Assembly (NCBI GenBank): GCA_051294905.1
Contig: CM119371.1
Span: forward strand, 37,760,001 to 37,824,000
Origin: Botryllus schlosseri
Taxonomy: Eukaryota
Length of the DNA: 64,000 nucleotides
Direction: 5' to 3'
The notes under the pieces: model-generated
The model's input: the letters and a program-made list of their open reading frames with translations, nothing else
What the model was told of the DNA's origin: nothing
The model's database searches: none
Shown here: one piece after another, positions 11,621-25,712 of the stretch
How positions within the stretch are numbered: position 1 is the first letter of the stretch
How the letters are laid out: every line of letters begins with the position of its first letter
Made by a program: the position numbers and the translations under genes

Positions 11621-14600
11621 GAGTCGAAAAATGACCCTATGATGGCATTGCGCGGGCCATTACGTGGATACGGGTCTGTGTAAACATGTATTGGTGAATA
11701 GTTAAAGCGACCCAAGCTACCATCCCATGATGAAATCGAGCGCACTCGACCATGTCGGGGTCTACCCACCTTAGTACAGCCAAATGACCCGATGTCGTGC
11801 CGAGAATATACGGGGGAGATGGTACATCATTCTCACAAGATGTACTTTGGAACGTGTGTGAAATCGGCATCGTCCGTTACTCGACTGAAGCAAGTCGCCA
11901 CTTCAATCCCTCTCTGTGTATACACAACGTACTAGGTACTGCAGATCCAGACGAGACTACGCATTCTGGCGAGGTTATCGAGATAGCTGGAGCGCTTTAC
12001 AACACATGCTAAATTTACTTCAAATGGAAGCACAAAATATAGCTTTGAAGTACTCAAGTAGAAGTAGTTTTAAAGAAATGTCGGTATCGTGAAATCCCTT
12101 TCTATCCTAATTATAAAGAGTAGGTCCCCATAAAAACTGTCGAGCCAAAATGCAGTTTCGAAGCAATCCAGTAATTTGTAAATCTTATGGGTTGCACGGT
12201 GTGTTAATTGATTAGAGAGAAGCAGACACGGCGGTGCCTGTATAACAAGGCTGTTCTCAAACCAACATTGTCTTCGTTATTATCGGCGAGATATGGCTTT
12301 GCAGTGACATTGCGGTCGTTAAAATAGATTGATTAAATACGATTTATTCCTCGTATATGGGGATCAATGGGCGAATAATGTATCGATTCAGCAATTCGGC
12401 ACGCAAAGTACTTAATTTTCTCGTATCCGGCCCGCCGACTGAAGGAGTTGCCCGGCCCTTGTATAACAAATATGTAAATGGTGCAATAGCGACAGCTAGC
12501 GGTTGTCGATCATCAATAAAAATACACCTAACCAGTAATACAGCTGTCGAGGATAAACTAGGAATATCTGTGTGAGTCGCCTTGATTGACCCATAGGGCA
12601 AGTTTAGACACGAAAGTATTTTGAGGTGTGATATAACCCTAGTAATTGTACTGTATTTTTCCACGCACACATACCACAATCGAAAACGGGGTTCGCCCGT
12701 CTCATTCCCAGCGTTTGCCTCGAACAAAAGTATCGGAGTGACCATGGATCTACACAAGTCTGCCCCACCGCTTTTGAGTAGATATTTGGAAAGACCGGCT
12801 CGTGATCACCTCCATACAAGGCATATTATTTCTGCGTGCAGCGAAACTTTGCAGCGACCTGCGGGCTGTGCATGTGTTGTTAGTGCAATCGTGTTTAGCA
12901 CAACAAAGAACGTAGCCATTTGAGGATGAATAAAATCTTATCCCACAACGATATCAACTTTACACCCTTCTGCGACTCCAACGGTATGTATTTATGTGAA
13001 TTTCATATTACTATGAAAAGCTGATCGACCACAAGATACCGTTACGTGCCATCTTTTTTGATAGAGTTGTTAGTATTGTAACAGGATGATCGGGGAGCTA
13101 TGGCCATTTACACTAGCTCTAAAAGAGTAGGGGAATTCGTTAGTGATACACCCGTCCGACGCTGGGGTATTCGATAAAATCACTCTGTTTTACAACGGAA
13201 CCGATGATCACACTGACGGGCTCTCATCGCTTGTCGTACGAGTGCTTGTAATTTCGGTGTGATGTGCGCAAATCAGCTGTGATCACTCGAGTGTGACTCT
13301 ATCGAAGTCAGTCCTATCAGCTGCTTGAGAAAACTCGTATATTCAGTCAGGTTGACGGCAATGCGATATTTTTGATGCCCCCATTGATACTAATGGGGGT
13401 TGCCGTACGTCCTACCTCTCTAGGAAAATATCCTCCGTACAAATGTTGTGCTAATTTATCCTCCGGTTCAGCTTAAAATACCCAAAAGACGATGAGTAAC
13501 GCGAAATGAGGACCTACGAGAGACGGGTAGGGTCTATCTTGCTGTTTCGCATAATCCTGTTATTCAACCGTAGGATTCTGGTGTAGGTCTGATTGATAAC
13601 TTTATACAAGTGAAGTAAACTCATTACAAAACTACTTTCTGCTTTTTAAAGTCAAACGTGTAAAGAGGTAATTTCACCTGAAACGGTTGAGGAGTAAGTT
13701 AAAACGACTTGAGTATATAGCACAAGTACCGAGTACTCGAATCAGTAGCGTGACACGATTACTCACCCAAGTCCACAACACACAAACCGAGGAAATAATA
13801 TACAGATATGGAAATAACCCACGATATTTTCCGCTGACACGTTTCAGATTCAGTACAACCCGACAGATACAAATTCAAAGCATCTTCAGTTTGAACGTGG
13901 ACAAAGCATTTACTTATTCTCGAATCAGATAGATGGTTACACTATAGAGAGTCTATACGAATAAGCCTGCATGTCTCTGAATGACTACCTCAGATCTAAA
14001 AAATAGCTCGATCATTTCTCAATGTATTAAAACACTTGGTGATTCGTGATCCACCATACCCGGAGAAGGGAGCACTATGTTTTATATAGATTACAGACAT
14101 ATAGGAAAAAATCATGCTTTATCTAGATTACACCCGTAGCAGGAAAAATTATGCTCTGTCAGCGCCTACATTAGCGGGATTCAGGGTGTCTGGAACGTTT
14201 TTGCAGGTCCCCCATCGCGACGATCCTTTGTCGAGTTGAGATTCCCAAGTCATTCAGCGTGTTGTTCACTAATCATATCCACATATACCCCAAACTATTT
14301 GTTTCACTCGTTCGTTTATGGCCCCCAATTAGCAGACAAAATGGACCGTCCACAGCGGTAGACCGTTAAATTACGATGCAGAGCAGTGAAATGCTATGCG
14401 ATGAGTTCACCCGCAGTGCAAAGAGGCTTTCGGTATACCCTTCCGACGACTTATTTTAGCACCGGGTGATTTTAATACCTTTCTGAAGATGTCGTGTTTT
14501 ATTTGACGAAGTCAGAGGTTTGTTTCACACAGTGGTGATTACGAGCGATAAATTGCAAACATGTTTGCACACAGCAGCTGACGGGTCGCGGTACGGGACA

Positions 14601-17600
14601 ATAAAGACGGTTACCGTGCGAGACGCACAAGCCACCATAGCTACACAGAGTTTATCAGCAACGCCGCTACTTTTTATCCGGGTACTCGAGTCGATTCTGT
14701 CTACTCGCACTGCACCAAGTTATCCATGTGGCTAGCCTTCTTTAGGAAGCCACTTACTTTTAATAGTTTATAAAAGTTTAGCGACCCCCTCCGTATCATG
14801 CGACGATAGCAGAGCTATTAGGCTCGACCAGAGTTGACCACGATTCGGGCATGCATTTTCATCGGCTCGATGTGGAACTGTCTTTAAGGTTTTACCCCCA
14901 CAATACGCGGGAATAACGAGGCTTTACGTACCAACCGTATCGTTTAGAACTTCGAATTGTCGCCCTGAGCTGACATAGCATCCGAGCCATTTTTTTTCAA
15001 CCCCACGCGCGTATAAGTCTGCAAGTAGCAGATTGATGAACCGTGTCCGATCACAGTTGACCCCAGCAAAAACCTGTTTAAACGGTAACTGTGAGGATCA
15101 GTAGACGATGATTCGCCTACACTACAGTAATTCAGTCGTGGTATTTCTATGACTGATATTAATTGCCAATATGTTCTGTTGGGGATGTGGGCATAGCAGG
15201 CGAATTTAGCTTTCCATAACGAGTGTCACCAGAACATATTCAGGCTTATTTCCATGCAGATCCATTCTTGTATCGATTTGTTGAGGAAATAACGATTTCA
15301 AGGATGCAACTCTATCCGATGTACTCGATTAGGATTTGTCCATCTGTGCTATATGAGTCGTTATGTTTCAGACTGCCTCCGCTTCAACAGTTTTAGCTAC
15401 TTACTTTTCGGGTGTTGGGATTTTGAAATGTGTAAAGTAGTTTGTAAATGAATTTACCACACTCTTACGACATTATTAATCAGACACCAAAATCCTGCTC
15501 GTCTCGCTAGACAGTGGGGGTCGATCATACATAAAAACACTTGATAACCAGGCGGTATGTATGTTGGTGAGAGGGATCTAATTGAACAGTGATCTACAAA
15601 GACAACGTCGCCAAACGCGTCGCATAATTTCACAGGATAATGAGAGTTTTACGGGCATGAGTATCCCGCTATTGACCAGTCTGAGGGTGTCGCTAATCTT
15701 TATTGCCTAACCACAGAGCCGTAATATAGACAACGCGGTAACACTGTATATTTCAAGGGTGTGCAAAAGCATATCTGTTCGACAGCAGATCGACGCAAAT
15801 CGCAAAATTACTATACGATCGACACCAACATGGTATACCATTTTACACACAGCGGATTGATTACGCAGGTGGTGACCAGGTTTTGATCGATTTTTAATGA
15901 GGTCGGGTACAGGATAAAGTGGTTTGTGAATTGAATTTGCTTCACTGAAATACACAAAACAATACCACGTTTTTAGGTACCACCCCCGGTTTTTCAAACT
16001 CTTTCAAATTGCAAGCCGCAGCCAGATGGACTTGACTGTCGGGTTGTACTGAATCTGAAACGTGTCAGCGGAAAATATCGTGGGTTATTTCCATATCTGT
16101 ATATTATTTCCTCGGTTTGTGTGTTGTGGACTTGGGTGAGTAATCGTGTCACGCTACTGATTCGAGTACTCGGTACTTGTGCTATATACTCAAGTCGTTT
16201 TAACTTACTCCTCAACCGTTTAAGGTGAAATTACCTCTTTACACGTTTGACTTTAAAAAGCAGAAAGTAGTTTTGTAATGAGTTTACTTCACTTGTATAA
16301 AGTTATCAATCAGACCTACACCAGAATCCTACGGTTGAATAACAGGATTATGCGAAACAGCAAGATAGACCCTACCCGTCTCTCGTAGGTCTTCATTTCG
16401 CGTTACTCATCGTCTTTTGGGTATTTTAAGCTGAACCGGAGGATAAATTAGCACAACATTTGTACGGAGGATATTTTCCTAGAGAGGTAGGACGTACGGC
16501 AACCCCCATTAGTATCAATGGGGGCATCAAAAATATCGCATTGCCGTCAACCTGACTGAATATACGAGTTTTCTCAGGCAGCTGATAGGACTGACTTCGA
16601 TAGAGTCACACTCGAGTGATCACAGCTGATTTGCGCACATCACACCGAAATTACAAGCACTCGTACGACAAGCGATGAGAGCCCGTCAGTGTGATCATCG
16701 GTTCCGTTGTAAAACAGAGTGATTTTATCGAATACCCCAGCGTCGGACGGGTGTATCACTAACGAATTCCCCTACTCTTTTAGAGCTAGTGTAAATGGCC
16801 ATAGCTCCCCGATCATCCTGTTACAATACTAACAACTCTATCAAAAAAGATGGCACGTAACGGTATCTTGTGGTCGATCAGCTTTTCATAGTAATATGAA
16901 ATTCACATAAATACATACCGTTGGAGTCGCAGAAGGGTGTAAAGTTGATATCGTTGTGGGATAAGATTTTATTCATCCTCAAATGGCTACGTTCTTTGTT
17001 GTGCTAAACACGATTGCACTAACAACACATGCACAGCCCGCAGGTCGCTGCAAAGTTTCGCTGCACGCAGAAATAATATGCCTTGTATGGAGGTGATCAC
17101 GAGCCGGTCTTTCCAAATATCTACTCAAAAGCGGTGGGGCAGACTTGTGTAGATCCATGGTCACTCCGATACTTTTGTTCGAGGCAAACGCTGGGAATGA
17201 GACGGGCGAACCCCGTTTTCGATTGTGGTATGTGTGCGTGGAAAAATACAGTACAATTACTAGGGTTATATCACACCTCAAAATACTTTCGTGTCTAAAC
17301 TTGCCCTATGGGTCAATCAAGGCGACTCACACAGATATTCCTAGTTTATCCTCGACAGCTGTATTACTGGTTAGGTGTATTTTTATTGATGATCGACAAC
17401 CGCTAGCTGTCGCTATTGCACCATTTACATATTTGTTATACAAGGGCCGGGCAACTCCTTCAGTCGGCGGGCCGGATACGAGAAAATTAAGTACTTTGCG
17501 TGCCGAATTGCTGAATCGATACATTATTCGCCCATTGATCCCCATATACGAGGAATAAATCGTATTTAATCAATCTATTTTAACGACCGCAATGTCACTG

Positions 17601-19667
17601 CAAAGCCATATCTCGCCGATAATAACGAAGACAATGTTGGTTTGAGAACAGCCTTGTTATACAGACACCGCCGTGTCTGCTTCTCTCTAATCAATTAACA
17701 CACCGTGCAACCCATAAGATTTACAAATTACTGGATTGCTTCGAAACTGCATTTTGGCTCGACAGTTTTTATGGGGACCTACTCTTTATAATTAGGATAG
17801 AAAGGGATTTCACGATACCGACATTTCTTTAAAACTACTTCTACTTGAGTACTTCAAAGCTATATTTTGTGCTTCCATTTGAAGTAAATTTAGCATGTGT
17901 TGTAAAGCGCTCCAGCTATCTCGATAACCTCGCCAGAATGCGTAGTCTCGTCTGGATCTGCAGTACCTAGTACGTTGTGTATACACAGAGAGGGATTGCA
18001 GTGGCGACTTGCTTCAGTCGAGTAACGGACGATGCCGATTTCACACACGTTCCAAAGTACATCTTGTGAGAATGATGTACCATCTCCCCCGTATATTCTC
18101 GGCACGACATCGGGTCATTTGGCTGTACTAAGGTGGGTAGACCCCGACATGGTCGAGTGCGCTCGATTTCATCATGGGATGGTAGCTTGGGTCGCTTTAA
18201 CTATTCACCAATACATGTTTACACAGACCCGTATCCACGTAATGGCCCGCGCAATGCCACCATAGGGTCATTTTTCGACTCGACTACCTACCTACCCGAT
18301 TTTCGTAAACTAGGGCCGCATTTTGCGTAATTCGCGGTGTTTTTTGGAGATTTTGAGCTAACAAGGGAGCAAATTGACAAGGTACATTTGGTCGAAGGGA
18401 GGGTATATCTGGGAAAAGGAGGACATATCCTCCCCTAAATGAGGCCGTATGGTAACCCTATTAAAATAGGAGGGTCGATGGTGACATCAAATACATCGCA
18501 TTGTGTTGCTGTCAACCCGAAAACGCGAGTTTTTCCAAACAGGCGGATTGATGACTGACATCGATTGTGTCACGCTCGATTGATCACAGCTGATTCGCGT
18601 ATATCGCACCACATCGAAATTGGAAGCGTACCAACGACAAGTCATGAGAGTTGTTGTCGGGTAAAGTTGTTATCGTTGTGGGATTTTGCCAATATGCCCC
18701 TTGTGGTGGCAAATATAATTACACTAATAACACCTGTACAGACAAACAGAAGTCCGCCAATGAGTCGATACAAAGTCTCGCTGTACGCAAATTAATGTAC
18801 AACGACACTCCCATTACAGCAGAACTGTTTTCTCTGGACGGGGGTGGTCACGATTCGTTTCCGGACCCGGCGCAGATTTCATCAGTTTTGGTTAAACCCG
18901 GACTGGATGCGACCAAGTGTCTTTGAGAGTCGGATTTATGCTACATTTTACCAGCCTAATACATGGAAATACCAGGACGTTACGTGCCAGCCGGATTTTT
19001 TGGACTTTGATTTTGCAACCCTATAGTCGCAGTGGATTCCGATTTCGAAATCTCCCACTCATCTTTAAACCTCACCGAAAGCAGGCTATAGATCGCATCA
19101 CGTATGATCCGTCACAATTCATTCCCATTATTGCACCACCGAGCGCGTTTCAGCCAAATAAGGTCAGTCCACTGATCCCCGATGAAGCGAGCTACCCCGA
19201 TTCGTCACTGTACAATTGAATCTGACATCGCACTCGCAGTTACCGAGTTCGAACGGGAAATGCGAGACTCAAAGGTGTGACACAGCAATTCTCTGACGGT
19301 AACACTTCGCCGAATCAATATATCCGCAGTATGATGCCGCAAATATGCTTGGAGGTATTGGCATAACACGTGTTGAGGATATATTTACGACACATACGCG
19401 AACACAACTGACTGTCTGCAGCGAAATTTGTCGACTTCGAGCGACAGTGCGTGGCTGCCGAAGCAATATATCCTTAGTATGATATTGCAAATATGCGTGG
19501 AGGTGTTGGCATAACAAGTGTTGAGGATATGTTACGGTACACAGCTGATTGTCTGCAGCGAAATGAGTCGCTCTCGAACGACAAGTGCGTCGTGCGTGGC
19601 GAGCTCGCGATCGATATATATCGTACAGACGGGTAAAGCATCGCGGTAAATTGTATATCATGTACAG

Positions 19668-20570
19668 CAGTGGTCGGGAACCTTTTTCGTCTGAAGAGCC
19701 AAGTTGGCCCTATATTTTCCATTTTAACTCCCAAAGAGCCGTACATGTGGATCCCTTGTTACGTCACAATTGGAACTTGGTGACGTCATGGTCGCACTAA
19801 TTCTAACTCAGTACATGGGATTCGTCATGGGCGCCATATGTTCTCTGTAAAAACTCGTAGGCTACTAATCATCCTGTGATAACGCAATTCATCGTAACTA
19901 GCTCAGAATTTATAATAACTGATATTGATTTAATATAACAATAACCCTGATTCCGAAAATCCAAGAATTGATCGACTTATCAATTCTTAAAGTATTCGGC
20001 GGTAACATGAACGTTGCACTACATGCCTACATTTTAACAGCAGTAGGCTACTAGTAAGCTGGGATGAATTACCAATGAAAAGTGGATAGCGCAGCGTTGT
20101 TTGTAATTTGAATTTGTAATTAAAATGTCACTTCCACGGCAGCTCATTTCCAGCGTAGATCAGGAAGACAATGTGTATTTGAAAATTAGATTGTCATAGA
20201 GACGTCCCAATGTCTGCTATTCTCTTATCAACCAACGTATGGTGCAATCCAAGATTACGCAGCTCGCGATGTCCGGTACATCGTATTCGCGAGGGATATC
20301 GGTCGATGGCGCTACAGCAACTTAAATTTGAGGATTTCGTAAATGGGTCTGAGCCCTTAACCTTGAATACGCCACTGCCTTTACCTCTTACATACATGTT
20401 TATTGTTTATACTGCTACGAGAATAATTATTCTGGCCGTTATGAAAATTTACTAACACGTTGCTGCAATATCGATAAAACCAAGTACAAAATTAAAAATA
20501 AGTCAAAGAGCCATATCTTATACCCAAAAGAGCCATATATGGCTCGCGAGCCATAGGTTCCCGACCACTG
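19668..20570. mobile_element. Mirror copy of the hAT MITE in the E1 right arm
   Basis: Reverse complement of 9332-10234, including the TSD (atgtacag). Confidence 0.9.
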
Positions 20571-21717
20571 ATGTACAGACACCGTCATGATTACGCTTGA
20601 CCAGACGTGAAGCAGTAAAAAGAACCCATCATAAATACATTGTTTGGCCTGGACTGTCTATGTCCTATATGAAGACGCTAGAACGCGGTAAAGGTGTGGA
20701 ACAGCAATTACACCAATTATTAAGTACGTAAAATCGGAAGTTAACACGTTGATGTGAGCTAAATTGAGAATCAGCTATTTCTTCAATTACTTATTTTTTT
20801 ACTCATAATGTTACTTTATTTAAGTTAATCTATGCTGGGGCGCCTAATACACATTTCCACTACACGGCATTCCTTGTTGTTCTCGATATGACACGCATAT
20901 TTATAACCATAACAGAACATTTCTCGTTACTGTCTGGGTCGACAACAAATTAATGGGGTCAAGTACGACAGTATGAGACAGACAACAAGCGCCACTTTGT
21001 ATAGCCGAGCCTATTGACATCTAAAACACGCACCAGGATCTCACGGATTAGGAGAAAACTATACTGACGTCACGACCGGCAATTATGACCCACCGTACAC
21101 GAAATTGAATCAACCGCGGAACGACAAGTCACCCAGGGTGGTTTGACGGACTATTGTTCCCAAGCAACGAAATTGGACCACGGAACAGCAGGGCAGGGCA
21201 GGCAACTATTATCAAGCCCCGTCGTCCGGGATCTCACATACGGACCCGAGGAAATTATTCCCAAGCCTCGTCGTGTTTACCACGTAATTGGATTAATCAA
21301 CCCACCGCGGAACGACAAGTCAAGACAGGAGAACTATACCGATTCGTCGGCGTGCATACCATTGAAATTAAAGGCCGATCCATTGTTGCTCGAGCGAAAT
21401 ATAAAAAATACTAAATACGCAAGTCTCGTGTCCAGAGGTCAGGCGAGGCAGAATCAGGAGGCGAGTGGAAAAGCACAAGTAGAAGTACTCAAGTCTCATG
21501 TCTGAGTACAAAGGTCAATCAAGATTCTTTGTTCGTTTTCTCTCTATTGGTAATTATTCCCCCTTCTTGATTGCCGCACAGTGAGAAGGGAATTCCCCTC
21601 GAGTATTGCTGCAAAATTGAGAATGAGCTAATTCTTTCACTATCTTTTATATTGATAATTCTTGTTTGTTTATTATAATCCTTGCATGCGCACCGATCGC
21701 ACATTTATATTACTACT

Positions 21718-21845
21718 GATGCCATATATGATGATGTGATTGTCGATATACAATATTCTTTCCAACTCTCTACTAGTTGCTGCTGCCGGACGAGAATCAG
21801 CCGGAAATATTCGAATTTATTCCAATATGAATATAATATTCAATT
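21718..21845 (+). repeat. Degenerate Penelope pLTR relic (target of the E1 insertion)
   Basis: gattgtcgatatacaatattctttccaactctctactagttgctg...aatatgaatata aligns to the 359-bp unit; hammerhead core mutated. Confidence 0.75.
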
Positions 21846-22620
21846 GATGAGTGGATGTTTGGATTAGATACTATGAAACGGAAATGTGGGTGCAACTGAG
21901 TGAGAAAGGTATAAGTGCTTTGGTTATCAAAGTATTATATACATAATCCAACAAGTGAAGAGATTAGGTTACCAAAATACAATACGCCAATCTAGTTCGT
22001 ACCACAGTAAAAGTTAGTGTATCGTTTAAATGCATTACATTGAGCTTAGGCCATCTGTTCACCCCTGATACGCACTTCACCTATCTCCTACCACCATACC
22101 CAACCAACCTATAAATCAAGTCGGGGAATCACTTACACATCGTAATTAGACCAGCATGACGATCAAATAAGGGAGTTGTTTTGTCATTACGTATAGTTTG
22201 ATATACATGTCGCCAACGGTGTGGTCCTCATAAATGTCAGTCACAATGAGTTTTCATATCATTTGAAATTATTGAGCCATATTTTTGATGAAAATTACAT
22301 TTTGAAAGCGTTGGTAATTCATTATGGATACATTGTATCCTACGTTACGGGGACCTTTCATTGCTTAGTGTTCGGAGTTGATCATAAGACAGTAAAACGT
22401 ATAGCAGGGTGTTCGAAAGCATTTCCGTGCGGGCTTCCCATATTTTCGTGTTTTTATTTCGCTAGTGAACAGGCAAAAACCTGTCTGCGTATCAGGATCA
22501 CGTGACAGAGTCGTCGGCATTCGGTAATTTTGTAAGGTTGAAGCGGGCTGCCTGATATAAAATACGGTACTCATATCGACTCAAACTCCAATCCACAAAC
22601 ATTTTTGGCTACTTCTATTG

Positions 22621-23475
22621 CAGTGGTTCTCCACCTGGGGCCTGCGAAGCATTTCCTGGGGTTCCGCAGAACCTTTAATTTACGAGGCAGTTGATAACCC
22701 AATTTGTATTTTTTTAATTAGGAAAATGACGAGACAGATTCGGTTCATTACTGGTAAAACTTCAGGACTCATATCAACAGAATGACGGTCTGAGATGTAA
22801 TATTCTACTGTGCAAACTCATTTCAATTGCTAAATTACCAATAGCCTACCGATACAGCAGATGTTCTGTTAGGGATAGTGAACAAACAAAAAAAGTTGGA
22901 GAAGTAGGTCAATCACGGTGACTTCCAATTGGTTGCAAAAATGCATTTCTCATATTACATAACCACTGTTCCAAAATAACTTTAAAATGACCTGCTAGAT
23001 GGAAATTACCATGCTGGACGTTATGTGATCATTAAAAATATGTTTCTCAATTTTGGCAACATATTTGTTGCAATCGTAGCCAAAGGTGCCGTCGGAAGCG
23101 TTACACTTTATTATTACATTCGCAACCACCTATATTTGAGGAAATGGATTTTGGCACTGGTACATATCAAATTGAAGGCGCGGATTTTCAAGACACGACC
23201 ACGTATTTCAAGAAATGGAGTTGCGGAATTCGCTTTAAAATAATAAAAATCTATCCAATTTATACATAACTAATAGGCCTACGTTGCAATCTCCAAGAAC
23301 GTATATGTTGTTGCGGTTTATCACTAGCCTGGGGTAAATATTTGCACAAGACAGATGACGGTTGCATGATAATTGAGCTAAATTTGAACTAAAACTTCGT
23401 GATGGGGGGGGGGTCCGTGGCGGTCCGGGATGGCCCAAAAGGCGTCCGCGAAGACAAATAGGTTGAGAACCACTG
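22621..23475. mobile_element. Old hAT MITE
   Basis: CAGTGGTTCTCCACCT / AGGTTGAGAACCACTG; TSD degenerate. Confidence 0.7.
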
Positions 23476-25219
23476 TTTAAGTGTGAGCAGAGAGAACTTC
23501 CCTGCTTTGAATTGTATTTGGAGCAGACGTTCACGCTTTAGACTTTAGAGCATTGTTTCATGTCCGGTGTTCCACGGAACATTACTGGTTCCACGGGCCA
23601 CTTTCATGGATTATGCGGAATTTAGGAGACTCACACATATGATTTGTACGACGGTGTAGACATTGCAGGTCCTCAAACCCGATCGGTAGTGTCGTTGTGA
23701 CTGTTGCAGTGATACGTCGTGTGCTGCGGCGTACGCAGGTGGTACTGGAATTCAAAATCGAAACCCCGTCCTTCTTGAAATGACAAATATATCCCAAATA
23801 TTTATATACTCACTTCGAATTGGGCAATTGTTATCACGCTGTTGCATTTGGACCGAACCATACAATGACACTCTCCAAGGCAAAGCCGCGCATTTCTGAA
23901 CTGGTATCTGAAAGGGAATAGCAGAAGCCAGACCGATTTACAATAGATATTCACTATCATGTTCGTGTTTTGTGTGAAAATTGAAAATCAATGGGTTTGT
24001 TCTTATACCACCATGTTGATGGACTGGTCATTCAGTGCCCCCCTTCATTTGTAGTAATGAATAAGATACGGATTATCAGTAGATTTTTGTTTTTTTGACT
24101 GGGCGAACATGTGAAGTACTGCGAAAGCCTGAAGAATGGCGTATGTTGCCATTGTTGTTTGCGATAATATTGGTGTAACAGTAAGGAGCAACTGCTTTAG
24201 AGGCACCACCGGTAAAAACTTCATTGTTATCTTCATTCAGACAATAAATTATTTCATATATCCGATAATACATACAGAGTTAAAGGTCGTCAAAGTAGTC
24301 AAAAATTTCTACTCAAGTAGATGCAAGAGTGGTGATTTACAAGTAAGTAAAAGAAATAATCAAGGCCTATTTTGCCTGAAAAGCTGAAAACTGTAGTAGA
24401 AGTAGAAGAGCCGAAATAACTAACGGCAAACGCAAGAATTATTGAATTGTTTCTATAGGCCTGGATAGGGTTGTCAGACTTGCGGAATTTCCCGGACATG
24501 TCCAAAATTTCACTGTTCAAACAGCGTCCGGAAGGACATTCTAAAATTTGCCAAAATGTGGGTACGCGCACAATAAAATCAAATAATACATAGTGACACT
24601 AAAGCACGCGAAATGTGACTCAAATTTTAAATTCAATATTACCGCCCCAAAATTCTTTACTTTATGTTGATTGACGACATAACGTCATTTCACTATCGTC
24701 CGCTATCGCAATCGTAATGAGATTTTCAAATGCACAAATAACTAGGGTGCACTGTTGCAACGGAAGTGTCACTACCAGAAGCGAAGGCCGCAATCATAAC
24801 GCTGTGTGTTGAACTATGGCAAGACCAATACTTTTCTTTAGACACCGGGTCGCACTATCATCGATTCCGTCATTCAGTCGTTTCTTCGATTCCATCATGT
24901 TTCAGCTCCGAGGACTCATCCGTTCAAAATCGGTTGTGTTCACCCTTCTCCAAATCCCACCCCTTTATGAACGTTGTCATACCCGTAGCGGTGTATCATT
25001 TCATTATTGTATGTCCAGAATATCGATTTCATCGCTGATGTCCGCGCAACGAGTGTACTAGACTCAACCTTCATTTTACACTGTTTTATGTGTTATCTAA
25101 TCCCGCCACACCACCTGCTTATTTTGTTCTCTCTAGTAGTAGATTCGTATGAGTGCCTTTTTCCTGAATTTTCCTGAATTTGTTTGCGTTGTAGTCCGTG
25201 GCACATAAGACCTAAACAG

Positions 25220-25712
25220 TAGGGTGACCACATTTTGCGATCTGAACAGTAGAACGCTTTTCAAAAATTCTGAAAGCTCTTGCATCGGAAATGAAAACTG
25301 GTGATTTCGAAAAAAAAATGGTCATCGCTTTCAATCGGCTCCCGAAGTACCCGCTCTTTACGTTACAATCGTGGTGTTACCTGAAAGAAAAAAAAAAGAT
25401 AAAAAAATCATCTTTCCATCTCCACTCCCGAATTACCTGTCGCGCCGTAATTTTCGTTGATTATCGTGCCAACTTTAACGTTCGCTGCGTCGGAGTGGAG
25501 TCTTTGAGCGCATTTTAATACTTCTTCTAGTCTAGAAAAAGAGGACAAATTCCAAAAAAATAGCACAATTAGGCGTCCTCCGAGGACACTTTCAATTTAT
25601 TCGAAAAATAAAACAAATCCTCCAAGTAAAGCGTATTCGTGAAAATACGCTCAGGGCTCATGCATGAGTATGCCGGATATGAAGGGTTAAAAGAGGACGT
25701 ATAGTAACCCTA
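25220..25712. mobile_element. hAT (Blackjack-like) MITE
   Basis: TAGGGTGACCA / TAGTAACCCTA; TSD ctaaacag/ctcaacag. Confidence 0.75.

Larger units (their letters stand above)
6635..21717. mobile_element. E1: giant non-coding foldback element with Polinton/Maverick-type ends
   Basis: Termini AGTAGT...ACTACT; 6-bp TSD GATGCC (6629-6634, 21718-21723); arms 6635-13866 (including a 1550-bp insertion) and 16036-21717, 5682 bp each net; spacer 13867-16035; no long ORF. Confidence 0.85.

Noticed and set aside
23580..24270. Possible minus-strand exons (ttcag acceptor near 23907, gtgagt donor near 23812)
   Set aside because: Could not assemble a consistent frame or recognise a product
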